From Methanobacteriota archaeon (GTDB taxonomy: Archaea > Methanobacteriota > Methanobacteria > Methanobacteriales > Methanobacteriaceae), in NCBI GenBank assembly GCA_963787255.1, contig CAWBCJ010000029.1, positions 384,001-448,000 of the forward strand: 64,000 bases of DNA. Direction: 5' to 3'. Positions 63,820 through 64,000 of this stretch are shown here, piece by piece. The stretch's first letter is position 1, and each line of letters starts with the position of its first letter. The notes under the pieces are model-generated. The model was not told where the DNA came from. It saw only the letters and a list, made by a program, of their open reading frames with translations, and did not search any database. The translations under genes were made by a program, and so were the position numbers.

Positions 63820-64000
63820 TTATATAAAGTAAATTACCAGACTCATTGCAAAGGCAGAAATCAGAGGAATAGGAACATTATCGTCTATAGGGCTGTAAGC
63901 TTCGGTTAATGCGCCGAATAATGCCCCAAAAAATGCTGGAATTATTGGAACCTGAGTCCATGCGCCAATAAGCGCCACCACAAAAAAAGCCAGCGTTCCA
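63820..64000 (-). CDS. 3' end of diacylglycerol/polyprenol (dolichol/phytol) kinase family protein (partial)
   Basis: [31 protein letters not shown] with the E..DDN..IP signature. Confidence 0.8.
   Translation of the reverse strand, partial: GTLAFFVVALIGAWTQVPIIPAFFGALFGALTEAYSPIDDNVPIPLISAFAMSLVIYFI

Overview
AT-rich archaeal chromosome segment, most consistent with a Methanobacterium-like methanogen (Methanobacteriaceae). The left end holds the replication origin: cdc6/orc1 plus a ~2.3 kb non-coding region with more than 10 ORB repeats (core ATTTCAAGTGTAA, extended form AGACGTGCATTTCAAGTGTAA). It sits among core genes (hef, trmI, pyrB, cbiB/G/H, PolD DP1, dapF, lysA, argD, hisF, cbiL, moeA, tRNA-Arg(TCG)). 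The middle is accessory-rich, with two Csa3-like CARF-wHTH regulators without CRISPR, three DNA glycosylases, a MarR unit with a double palindromic operator, a stand-alone TFB/cyclin-like protein and several gene remnants. A stress block follows: two MsvR-type regulators sharing TTCG-N8-CGAA operators in front of fprA-rubrerythrin and hcp, an ars cluster that has lost acr3, and DsrEFH with an inserted Fe-S gene. The most striking unexplained locus is 57.5-58.4 kb. There an orphan TIR (ThsB-like, catalytic Glu to Gln) gene is flanked by two GC-rich hairpins and followed by two ORB-like sites more than 50 kb from oriC. Five single-base frameshifts look like consensus errors. All family assignments are by motif recognition only; no searches were run.
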